DNA of 27,778 nt, taken from NCBI GenBank assembly GCA_039630345.1, contig JBCNVD010000016.1, forward strand, positions 1 to 27,778. Direction: 5' to 3'. Origin of the DNA: Aquificaceae bacterium (lineage in GTDB: Bacteria; Aquificota; Aquificia; Aquificales; Aquificaceae). A model generated the notes under the pieces. That model saw only the letters and a list, made by a program, of their open reading frames with translations. It was not told the DNA's origin and did no database searches. Of this stretch, positions 7,672 through 15,452 are shown piece by piece. A program made the position numbers and the translations under genes. Each line of letters begins with the position of its first letter. Position 1 is the first letter of the stretch.

Positions 7672-8458
7672 GCTCTTTCTCAAAGTGGCACGCGAAGCGT
7701 GCGTTCTTGGCGGACTTGTCCTTAAAGATTACTTTGGCAAATTAGACCCCAGTCAAATAAAGACAAAGGGCGAAAAGGATGTTTTTTGCATAGCTGACAG
7801 CAAGTCAGAAGAGTGCATCATAGAGCACATAAAAAAGCACTTTCCAGACCACTCAGTTGTGGCAGAAGAAGGCGGGGGAGAGATCAAGAGTGAGTATGTT
7901 TGGTATATAGACCCGCTTGATGGGACCAAAAACTTTATAACCGGACTTCCTATTTTTGCAGTCTCGATAGGGCTTTTGAAAATGGACGAGCCTCTAGTAG
8001 GGGCTGTGTATTTACCCTTTTATGATAGTCTCTATTGGGCCATTAAAAATCAGGGGGCATTTAAAGACGGCAAGAGGTTAAAAGTCAGTTCAAGGTCTCC
8101 GATATCGCGTTGCAGTGTTGTTTATGGCTTTCCCTCGCGCGCAAGGCGCGATGTAAATATGTATCTAAAAATCATCAGGGAAATTTTTGCAAGGGTTGGG
8201 TCTGTAAGACGCCTTGGCGCTGCTTCTGTTGACCTTTGTCTGGTTGCAGAGGGGGTTTTTGACGGCTTTATCGAGTTTGAGCTTCGCCCCTGGGATGTTG
8301 CTGCTGGCGTGCTTATATCTTCCGAAGCAGGCGCTAAAGTGTGGCTTCCTGAAGGGTTTTCGAGCAGTTTGGATTTGTGCGTCGGCTCTGAGCTGTGTTT
8401 TGAGTTTATAAAGTCGGTTATGCAGGAAAGATTTGAAATCCCAGGCTGGAAAAAATAG
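7664..8458 (+). CDS. suhB: Inositol monophosphatase family protein (possible IMPase/FBPase)
   Basis: AEE, W.IDPLDGTKNF, RRLGAAS.DLC.VA.G and WDVAAG. ATG at 7664 follows GAGGT. Confidence 0.9.
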   Translation: MLELFLKVAREACVLGGLVLKDYFGKLDPSQIKTKGEKDVFCIADSKSEECIIEHIKKHFPDHSVVAEEGGGEIKSEYVWYIDPLDGTKNFITGLPIFAVSIGLLKMDEPLVGAVYLPFYDSLYWAIKNQGAFKDGKRLKVSSRSPISRCSVVYGFPSRARRDVNMYLKIIREIFARVGSVRRLGAASVDLCLVAEGVFDGFIEFELRPWDVAAGVLISSEAGAKVWLPEGFSSSLDLCVGSELCFEFIKSVMQERFEIPGWKK

Positions 8459-8488
8459 CCTCGCTGGATATTTTTTAAGGTTAGAACC

Positions 8489-10123
8489 ATGAGGTTTTAT
8501 TACCTTCTATTTCTGGTGTCTTTCTGTCTTTCGTCTGAGCTTTACTTTGATTACATTATGTGCGCCTATTTTCGCGAGCAAAATCCATCCCAGGCACTCT
8601 CTCATTGCATAAGCGCTTTAGAAAAATCTCCCCAGCCATCTCTTTATGAAGAGAGCATTAATCTATTGATTTTAGAAAACAGGACAGAGGAAGCTCTTAA
8701 GCTGGCAAAACGCTTTCAAAAGAGATTTCCCACAGAAGCGTCTTCTTATTTGCTTTTATACAGAATTAATTCAAAACTTGGAAATCAAAAAGCCGCTCTT
8801 TCTGCACTCGAGAGCGGGGTTTTAAATGCCAACAATCCAAGAGTTCTTTTATTTTATCTCCTGGAAGAGTCTATTAAAATCTCAGATTTTGCAAAAGCTT
8901 ATGAGATTTTAAATACGTTAACGAGCGTAGAGCCTTCAAGTCCTATGCCGCACTTTTTAAGAGCAAGGGTTGCCCTTATGCAAGGAGATAGAGACCTTGC
9001 CATATCAGAACTGTATCTGGCAATTGAGAAAGACCATAGATTTGAACCTGCTATCTCTACCTTAAGCACCCTTCTTGAATCCTCCGGGAGATTTGAAGAG
9101 GCAAAAAAACTTTACTTAAGAATTCTTGAAAAAAATCCTGATAATGTCTCTATTTTAAATAGACTTGCAAATCTCTATACAAATACAGCCCAGAACGAAG
9201 AGGCTCTAAAGGTCTATTCAAGACTTGCCGAGATATCACCAACCCCGCAGGTGCTATTTCAGCTTTCCCTATCGCTCCTTAGGGCACAAAAGTATAAAGA
9301 GGCTCTAAAAGTGCTAGAAGAATTACATCTCCAAAACCCTGACAATCACGAGGTTAAATACTTCCTGGCAATTGCCCTTGAGATGGATAAAAAGACCGAG
9401 AGGGCAAGAACTCTTTATAACGAGCTTCGCCTTAGCATAGGAGACCATCCAAGGCTTCTTGAGCGACTTGCTCTTATTTCCCTCTCTGAGGGGAGACTTG
9501 AAAACGCCAAAGAGCTCATCCAGAAAGCACTGGAGAAAGAACCGGCAAACATACAGCTAAACTTAATTATGTCTGACGTTTTAAAAGAGCTTGGGCTATA
9601 TCTTGATGCCCTTGCCTTTGCAGAACGCTCCATTCAGCTTAATTCAGGCAACTACAGAACCTATTTTGCAAGAGCTCTTATTTACGAGCGTATGGGAGAG
9701 CTTAACCGTGCGGAGCAAGACCTTAGGAAGGCACTTGAGCTAAACCCTTCAAGCCCGGAGCTGCTTAACCACCTTGGATATTCTTTGCTCCTTTGGTATG
9801 AAGACAAAAGACTCGATGAAGCGGAAAAGCTCATAAGACAGGCTCTTGAAAAAGACCCGGAAAACCCGGCATACATAGATAGTCTTGCTTGGGTGCTATA
9901 TTATAGAAAGGATTACCCAAAAGCCCTTGAGCTCCTTAGAAAAGCCCTTGAGAAAGAGAAGGAAGACCCTGTGCTTTACGAGCACTTTGGCGATGTTCTT
10001 GTAAAGCTAGGCAAGCCCGCTCAGGCAAGAAGCTACTACCTTAAAGCCTACGAGCTTTTGAAAAATGGCAAAAGAGGAGAGCCAAATCAAAAGCAAAGGG
10101 TGGAGCAAAAGCTAAAGCGCTGA
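8489..10123 (+). CDS. Exported tetratricopeptide repeat protein
   Basis: Signal-peptide-like N-terminus and multiple TPRs, including LNHLGY and AYIDSLAWV..DPVLYEHFGDV. Confidence 0.88.
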   Translation: MRFYYLLFLVSFCLSSELYFDYIMCAYFREQNPSQALSHCISALEKSPQPSLYEESINLLILENRTEEALKLAKRFQKRFPTEASSYLLLYRINSKLGNQKAALSALESGVLNANNPRVLLFYLLEESIKISDFAKAYEILNTLTSVEPSSPMPHFLRARVALMQGDRDLAISELYLAIEKDHRFEPAISTLSTLLESSGRFEEAKKLYLRILEKNPDNVSILNRLANLYTNTAQNEEALKVYSRLAEISPTPQVLFQLSLSLLRAQKYKEALKVLEELHLQNPDNHEVKYFLAIALEMDKKTERARTLYNELRLSIGDHPRLLERLALISLSEGRLENAKELIQKALEKEPANIQLNLIMSDVLKELGLYLDALAFAERSIQLNSGNYRTYFARALIYERMGELNRAEQDLRKALELNPSSPELLNHLGYSLLLWYEDKRLDEAEKLIRQALEKDPENPAYIDSLAWVLYYRKDYPKALELLRKALEKEKEDPVLYEHFGDVLVKLGKPAQARSYYLKAYELLKNGKRGEPNQKQRVEQKLKR

Positions 10124-10974
10124 TGCTCTTTAGTCACCTATCCTGGCAGGTTATAAAATTAGGCTCTTTTATATCCTTCGCTCTTTGCGCTGTTTTTTTT
10201 GTGCTTCAGGTTGCCAAGCTGGATTTTTTACTTATTAGTCTACCCATAAAAGAGAGCTTTATGTTTTTCCTTTCGTGGTTTTTCTATCACTATGTTTACT
10301 TTTTACCTGTTTGTCTAACACTTGCTTATGCCTTTTTGCTTTTTGAGCTAAAAAAGAGCTCAAAGCTCAAGATTCTTGCGTCCTTTTATCAAAGTGAGAC
10401 CACTATCTATTTAAAAACCCTGACTTTTATAATGCCTTTACTGATTTTAATTGCCATAAGCGGGATTTTATTCACATCAAGAGACCTCTCTTACATAAGA
10501 AAAAGGCTCTCTATGGAGCACTATTCAAAAATTATTACCTCCGTGCCAAGCGGCACTTTCCGCACTGCAGACGAATTTACCATCTACATAGGCTCAAAAA
10601 ACGCAAACACGATGCAGGAGGTTTTCTTTGACTTTAGCGAAGGGACCGTCCTTGCAAGGTCTGCCAGGCTAATCGGCGATGAGATTCTCTTTGAAAGGGG
10701 CTCTATATTGCTTCGCAGGGAAGGCTCTGTCTATTCGGTTGAATTTGAGCGCTACAGACTAAACCTTGGCACCGTTGCCAAAATAAAGCGCAAAGACCCC
10801 ATGCCAGAGCGAATAATTGCTCTTTTAAATTCCTTGAGCGCTCCTCTGATGATGGCTCTTTCCCACTTTTTGGTTCATAAAAGCCAGGAAATTCAAAGAC
10901 TTTATTACCTCCTTGGGCCTATGGTTCTTACCCATCAGCTATTTCTTATCTTACTCAGAAGAATAATTTCTTAA
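10123..10974 (+). CDS. LptF/LptG (YjgP/YjgQ) family permease, short form
   Basis: Three N-terminal TMs with LP..L..A, a periplasmic beta-rich region (GTF...F.IYIG, A.SA, FERY) and C-terminal TMs. Confidence 0.7.
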   Translation: MLFSHLSWQVIKLGSFISFALCAVFFVLQVAKLDFLLISLPIKESFMFFLSWFFYHYVYFLPVCLTLAYAFLLFELKKSSKLKILASFYQSETTIYLKTLTFIMPLLILIAISGILFTSRDLSYIRKRLSMEHYSKIITSVPSGTFRTADEFTIYIGSKNANTMQEVFFDFSEGTVLARSARLIGDEILFERGSILLRREGSVYSVEFERYRLNLGTVAKIKRKDPMPERIIALLNSLSAPLMMALSHFLVHKSQEIQRLYYLLGPMVLTHQLFLILLRRIIS

Positions 10975-10983
10975 ATTTCCAGA

Positions 10984-11027
10984 GCGCGCCTTCGGCGCAT
11001 TTTTCGCCGCTCTAAAGAGCGGCGGCT
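10984..11027. terminator. Double GC-rich hairpin between convergent genes (terminator or IS200/IS605-like end remnant)
   Basis: GCGCC-TTC-GGCGC at 10986-10998 and CGCCGCTCT-AA-AGAGCGGCG at 11005-11024, with T-runs nearby. Confidence 0.55.
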
Positions 11028-11777
11028 TTATTTTTTCTTAAAAATATTGTCTAAAAGCTCCTGATTTCCCTCAAGGGTTTCCAATCTTGCGCTCACAGAG
11101 CCTATTACAAAGCCAAGATCCATCCTGACTGGCAAATTCGTGCGCTTGTCTATCCATAGCTTCCAGTTTCCCTTTGGCCTTAAAAGCCCCTTGGTCTGTA
11201 TGGCAGGAGAGACCTCAACAACCCTTGTATTAAAGGTTCCTGCCTGAGTCTTTATCTGCTCCTGGGAGGTAACTGTGTAAGGAACTAAGTATTCTTTCCG
11301 GTCGTAGAAGATTTTTATATCGCCGCGTTCGGATTTCTGGATTTCTTTGTAAAGTCTCAAAGAGGCCGTGTATGGGTCTACAAACCCTCTATATTCAAAT
11401 GTCTTCTCTTCGGTTGATTCTACCTTTTCGCTTAGACCTTCATATTCAATCTCCAGTGTATTTATTTTGTTTGCCTCAAATTGATAGCGCTGATATCTTT
11501 TGAAATTTCCCTCTTCCTGATAATATTCAAACACTTTTGGCTCAAGACCATCCAAAAGAATGCTAGAACTACCTCTGTTTTTGACCCTTTTTACAATTTT
11601 GCCAGCGCTAACTGTTTTTACATTGCTCTCTACTAAAAGCGATTCTCCTTTTAGTTTGTAAGATATGCATGTTTCCGCAACCGGTAAAAAACCAATAAAG
11701 GCCCTGTAGCAGGCTTTTAACTCACTTGCTTCTAAGAAACTTATTAAAAAAAGGCTTAGCCAAATTCTGAAAGCCAA
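11028..11777 (-). CDS. DUF3108-like exported beta-rich protein
   Basis: Signal peptide, DP.TA..R, E.I.T.AG.F.T and W.D.....PV motifs. Confidence 0.75.
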   Translation of the reverse strand: MAFRIWLSLFLISFLEASELKACYRAFIGFLPVAETCISYKLKGESLLVESNVKTVSAGKIVKRVKNRGSSSILLDGLEPKVFEYYQEEGNFKRYQRYQFEANKINTLEIEYEGLSEKVESTEEKTFEYRGFVDPYTASLRLYKEIQKSERGDIKIFYDRKEYLVPYTVTSQEQIKTQAGTFNTRVVEVSPAIQTKGLLRPKGNWKLWIDKRTNLPVRMDLGFVIGSVSARLETLEGNQELLDNIFKKK

Positions 11778-12064
11778 GCCCTAAATTCCTCCGCCATGCT
11801 GGGATGGTTGTATTTTAGAGCTTTTTCTATGCCTTCTTTGAGTGCGTTTTTGGCGCCTTCTATGTCGCCAATCTCCTCAAGACAGCGGGCCAATGTTCTA
11901 TAAATAGCCCCTTCGTCCTCTTTTAGCTCAAGATACTTCCTAGCATGCTCTATAACCTTTTGGCAGTTTCCTATGCGCTCGTATTCCTTTGCCAGAGAGT
12001 AATGCAGCATCGGATTATCCGGGCTTTTCTCAAGAAGAGATAAAAAATATTCAAGTCTGTCCAT
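11756..12064 (-). CDS. Small TPR protein
   Basis: Starts MDRLEYF at 12064. P.NPM.HY.LA.EY and AIYR.LA..L...G...GA TPR pattern. Confidence 0.8.
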   Translation of the reverse strand: MDRLEYFLSLLEKSPDNPMLHYSLAKEYERIGNCQKVIEHARKYLELKEDEGAIYRTLARCLEEIGDIEGAKNALKEGIEKALKYNHPSMAEEFRAWLSEFG

Positions 12065-12719
12065 TTTTGATTTTGTTATAAGCTGCAACTATGTATCCAA
12101 GGAATGCGTTCTCTGGCTGTGCGCCAACAAACTCTGCAACACCCTGATTTATAACTATTTTCGGAACTCCAGAGACATAGTATCTGGATGATAGGTCTCT
12201 ATTTTCATTTGCGTCAACTACAAGGGCAGTTATTTGCTCGCTTGCAATTGCAAAATTCATCGCAGTTATTGCCGCCATCGGGCAATATCCACAGCTTGTT
12301 GTGACAAATACCATAATCTCAATAGGCAAATCTATTTCTTTTAGAATTTCGACGGTTTTTTCTGATAGTTGCGGGGCTCTTTTCGATACCAGAGCAATGC
12401 CCTGCACCAAAGTAGAAAATTCAAGTCCTGCCGGCAAACCTATGTAACGGATGCCATAATCTCTATCGCCTTCTATGACAATCGTTGGCACCCTTTCAAT
12501 GCCGTAGGATTTTGCCATTTCGCGGTCAATCAGTGGAGAATAGACCTCAAGGGATACCTTGCCTTCTGATACTTGCGAAAGCTCTCTAAGAAGACTCTCA
12601 GCCGAGGAGCAGGTTTTGCAGCCAATTGCCTGAGAAAAGAGCTTTAGCTTCACCCGGGAAGCCAGCTCCTTTTCAAATATTTCTTTAAGTTGCGTCCTGA
12701 CATCAAGGTCAAGGAGCAT
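12051..12719 (-). CDS. Protein disulfide oxidoreductase (PDO; two thioredoxin folds)
   Basis: Two CxxC motifs (CKTC, CGYC), RVP/GVP cis-Pro loops, G.PAG.EF and F.GAQP. GGAGGT SD at 12726-12731. Confidence 0.92.
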   Translation of the reverse strand: MLLDLDVRTQLKEIFEKELASRVKLKLFSQAIGCKTCSSAESLLRELSQVSEGKVSLEVYSPLIDREMAKSYGIERVPTIVIEGDRDYGIRYIGLPAGLEFSTLVQGIALVSKRAPQLSEKTVEILKEIDLPIEIMVFVTTSCGYCPMAAITAMNFAIASEQITALVVDANENRDLSSRYYVSGVPKIVINQGVAEFVGAQPENAFLGYIVAAYNKIKNGQT

Positions 12720-12742
12720 CTCTTAACCTCCTTAAGATTTTA

Positions 12743-12752
12743 ATTATAAACT
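12743..12752. promoter_or_regulatory. Putative overlapping divergent -10 boxes (PDO / SDR)
   Basis: TATAAT at 12743-12748 (-) and TAAACT at 12747-12752 (+), the latter 8 nt before the SDR ATG. Confidence 0.45.
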
Positions 12753-12760
12753 TATTTACC

Positions 12761-13375
12761 ATGAGAGCCATAGTTACAGGAGCCAGCAAAGGAATAGGCA
12801 AAGCCCTGGTTGAGCTTTTGCTAAATAGGGGGAGCAAGGTATGCGCATGCGCGCGAAGCGCGGTTTTGGAAAGAGAAAATCTTCTTTTTATAAAAAGTGA
12901 TATCTCAATTCCGGATAGAGCCAAAGAGTTTGTCAATGCCTGTGGGGATTACCTTGGCAGGTTTGACCTGGTTGTTAATAACGCTGCAATCCTTGGGCAA
13001 ATCTCTAGGATAGAAAATTACGACCCATTGCTCTGGAAAGAAGTCATTGACATTAACTTAAATGGCAGCTTTTACATAGTGAGGTTTTCCCTAAAGTATA
13101 TGGATAGGGGATCTATAATAGTGAATGTATCTTCAGGGGTTGGCAGGAGAGTAGCCCCTGGCTGGGGCGCGTATTCTATTTCCAAGTTTGCCATAGAGGC
13201 ATTTACCGCCCTTCTTGATGCGGAGCTTAAAGAAAGAGGCATAAGGGCAATAGCGTTTAACCCAGGGGGAGTTGCAACCGATATGAGAGCCATTGCCTAT
13301 CCAGATGAAGATAGGTCTTTGTTAAAAACGCCCGAGCAGGCCGCAAGAGAGCTCCTTGAGCTAATTGGATTTTGA
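12761..13375 (+). CDS. Short-chain dehydrogenase/reductase (YciK-like)
   Basis: TGASKGIG, NNA, NVSS, YxxxK (YSISK) and NPGGVATDMR..AYP.ED. Confidence 0.9.
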   Translation: MRAIVTGASKGIGKALVELLLNRGSKVCACARSAVLERENLLFIKSDISIPDRAKEFVNACGDYLGRFDLVVNNAAILGQISRIENYDPLLWKEVIDINLNGSFYIVRFSLKYMDRGSIIVNVSSGVGRRVAPGWGAYSISKFAIEAFTALLDAELKERGIRAIAFNPGGVATDMRAIAYPDEDRSLLKTPEQAARELLELIGF

Positions 13376-13990
13376 TTTCAGGAAATATCCTGCTATAAAG
13401 CCAGCGGTGCATATCATTAGCCCGATTACCCCTGCATAAATGGTTGAGACAAACCAGAAGTTCATTGGATAGATCCTAAGGAGCATATCCTCATCTTTAA
13501 ATCTCCATGAACCTTCTTTAAAAAATAGCTCATGAAAGCCAACAAATAGAGTCTCATAGGATAAAAGTGCAAATAATATGGTTAAGGATATCAAAACTGT
13601 GGTAAAGATAGAGCCATAAAAGAGGACTCTTGCCAGCTCTTTAAAGCCAAGAATAAAAATCGATAGAAGATATAAAACCAACATTGCATAAAGACCTAAA
13701 AAGACCACTCTTAGCAGGTTTTTTACATCCTGCATGTGGATTATCTCTCGCTGGTTAAAAAGACCGGTGTTTTTAAATTCCTCTATGCCATCGCTGGTTG
13801 TTACTGCCTTTAGACCAAGGATTGCCAGATTTAGCCTCTCCCTTTCAGGCATTGGGTCTTGTGGTAATTTAATCGTTGCGTAAATTAGTCTCAATAAAGG
13901 CTCGCTATAGGATACTCTCACAGAGGCAAAGACTACAAAGAGCGGATATATCAGTATCAAAATAACTTTGAGTATTAGCTTCACTCTCAT
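13361..13990 (-). CDS. TIGR01906/DUF1461 membrane protein (Lit-like lipoprotein intramolecular transacylase)
   Basis: E..HM.DVK and F..FH.LFF..GSW.F...D.L..IYP..FW motifs with four TMs. True start is MRVKL at 13990; the longer track ORF reads through the tRNA. Confidence 0.8.
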   Translation of the reverse strand: MRVKLILKVILILIYPLFVVFASVRVSYSEPLLRLIYATIKLPQDPMPERERLNLAILGLKAVTTSDGIEEFKNTGLFNQREIIHMQDVKNLLRVVFLGLYAMLVLYLLSIFILGFKELARVLFYGSIFTTVLISLTILFALLSYETLFVGFHELFFKEGSWRFKDEDMLLRIYPMNFWFVSTIYAGVIGLMICTAGFIAGYFLKSKSN

Positions 13991-14000
13991 GGTAATTCTT

Positions 14001-14074
14001 CGTGCCCGGGGGGACTCGAACCCCCGACCTTGGGCTTCGGAGACCCACGCTCTATCCATCTGAGCTACAGGCAC
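14001..14074 (-). tRNA. tRNA-Arg(CCG), CCA not encoded
   Basis: Cloverleaf: acceptor GTGCCTG/CGGGCAC, D arm GCTC..GAGC, anticodon arm TGGGT-CTCCGAA-GCCCA, T arm GGGGG-TTCGAGT-CCCCC, discriminator G. Confidence 0.97.
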
Positions 14075-14083
14075 TTGAGAGAG

Positions 14084-14093
14084 ATTTTATAAT
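14084..14093. promoter_or_regulatory. Putative bidirectional promoter (tRNA-Arg / murC)
   Basis: TATAAT at 14088-14093 (+) is 6 nt before the murC ATG. TAAAAT at 14084-14089 (-) is 9 nt before the tRNA 5' end. Confidence 0.6.
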
Positions 14094-14099
14094 CCATCT

Positions 14100-15452
14100 A
14101 TGTTTCGTCAAAAAATTCAGAGCTTTCACTTAATTGGTATTGGCGGAATTGGAATGAGCGCCATTGCAAGGGTGCTTTTGCAAATGGGTTATAGAGTAAG
14201 TGGCTCTGACCTAAGGTTTTCAAAAATTACTCAGGAGCTTGAGTCCCTTGGCGCTAAAATCTACGAGGGCCACTCCCCTGAAAACATAGACGGGGCGCAG
14301 GTGGTGGTTTATTCTTCCGCAATCAGCGACAAAAACCCAGAACTCATTAGGGCAAAAGAGCTGGGACTTTCAGTTATAGGAAGGGGGGAGATGCTTGCAG
14401 AGCTCTTTAGAATAGGCGAGAGTATAGCGGTAAGTGGCTCTCACGGCAAGACCACCACGACCTCGATGATAGCCCATGTTTTTCAAACCGCGGGCTTTGA
14501 CCCCACGGTTATAGTAGGCGGGGTTTTAAAAAGCCTTGGTTCAAACGCAAAACTTGGCAAAGATAAACTAATTATTGGCGAAGCGGACGAGAGCGACGGC
14601 TCTTTTTTAAAGCTCTTGCCTACCGTTTCGGTAATTACAAACATAGACTCAGAGCACATTGAATTCTATGGAAGCTTCAATGCTTTAAAAGAAGCGTTTT
14701 TTAACTTCGCCTCGCAGGTGCCTTTTTATGGCTTTTGCGTTCTAAATTTAGATGACGAGCATTGCAAAGACATTGCAAGAAGAATCTCAAGAAAAGTTAT
14801 AACCTATGGTTTTGGTAAGGATTGCGAATACAGAGCCGAAATTAGAGGTTCAAAAGAGGGGCGATTTTTCTTTGAAGTTTTCAAATCAGGAGAGGGTCTT
14901 GGGGTTTTTGAGTTGCCTGTGGCAGGCATTCACAATGTTTATAACGCACTTGCCTGCATAGGCGTTTGCATGGAAGCTAATATAAAACCAGAGATGATAT
15001 CCAGAGCCCTTAAGACCTTCCCAAGCGTCAAGAGGCGAATGGAGATGAAGGCAAGGCTAAGTGACTGTGTTATCTTTGACGATTATGCTCATCATCCGAC
15101 AGAGATAAATGCGGTTCTGGAAGCTCTTAAGAGTATGTATCCGGATAGAAAAATCATTCCTGTCATTCAGCCTCATAGATATTCAAGGACATATGCTCTT
15201 TTTGATAAGTTTGTGGAGGTTTTGAAAGGTTTTGATTGTATTATTACCGAGATATATCCCGCAGGTGAAGAAAATAAATACAACATAAGCTCTCTCGAGC
15301 TTGCAAAGAGGGCAAATTGTAAGTATGTTCCTTCAAAGGAAGAGCTCTTTGAGGTTCTTGATAAAAATCTTGATGCTAATAAGGTTATAGTTTTTATGGG
15401 AGCAGGCAGTATATCTCGCTGGTGTGAGGAGTTCATAAGTGGGCGATGCTGA
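14100..15452 (+). CDS. murC: UDP-N-acetylmuramate--L-alanine ligase
   Basis: GIGGIGMS, GSHGKTTT, EADESDGSF, G.HN..NA, DDYAHHPTEI and QPHRYSRT. Confidence 0.97.
   Translation: MFRQKIQSFHLIGIGGIGMSAIARVLLQMGYRVSGSDLRFSKITQELESLGAKIYEGHSPENIDGAQVVVYSSAISDKNPELIRAKELGLSVIGRGEMLAELFRIGESIAVSGSHGKTTTTSMIAHVFQTAGFDPTVIVGGVLKSLGSNAKLGKDKLIIGEADESDGSFLKLLPTVSVITNIDSEHIEFYGSFNALKEAFFNFASQVPFYGFCVLNLDDEHCKDIARRISRKVITYGFGKDCEYRAEIRGSKEGRFFFEVFKSGEGLGVFELPVAGIHNVYNALACIGVCMEANIKPEMISRALKTFPSVKRRMEMKARLSDCVIFDDYAHHPTEINAVLEALKSMYPDRKIIPVIQPHRYSRTYALFDKFVEVLKGFDCIITEIYPAGEENKYNISSLELAKRANCKYVPSKEELFEVLDKNLDANKVIVFMGAGSISRWCEEFISGRC

Noticed and set aside
13991..14074. 28-aa N-terminal extension (MPVAQMDRAW...) of the 13361..14074 ORF
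   Set aside because: It is the tRNA-Arg gene read in frame; the protein starts at 13990.
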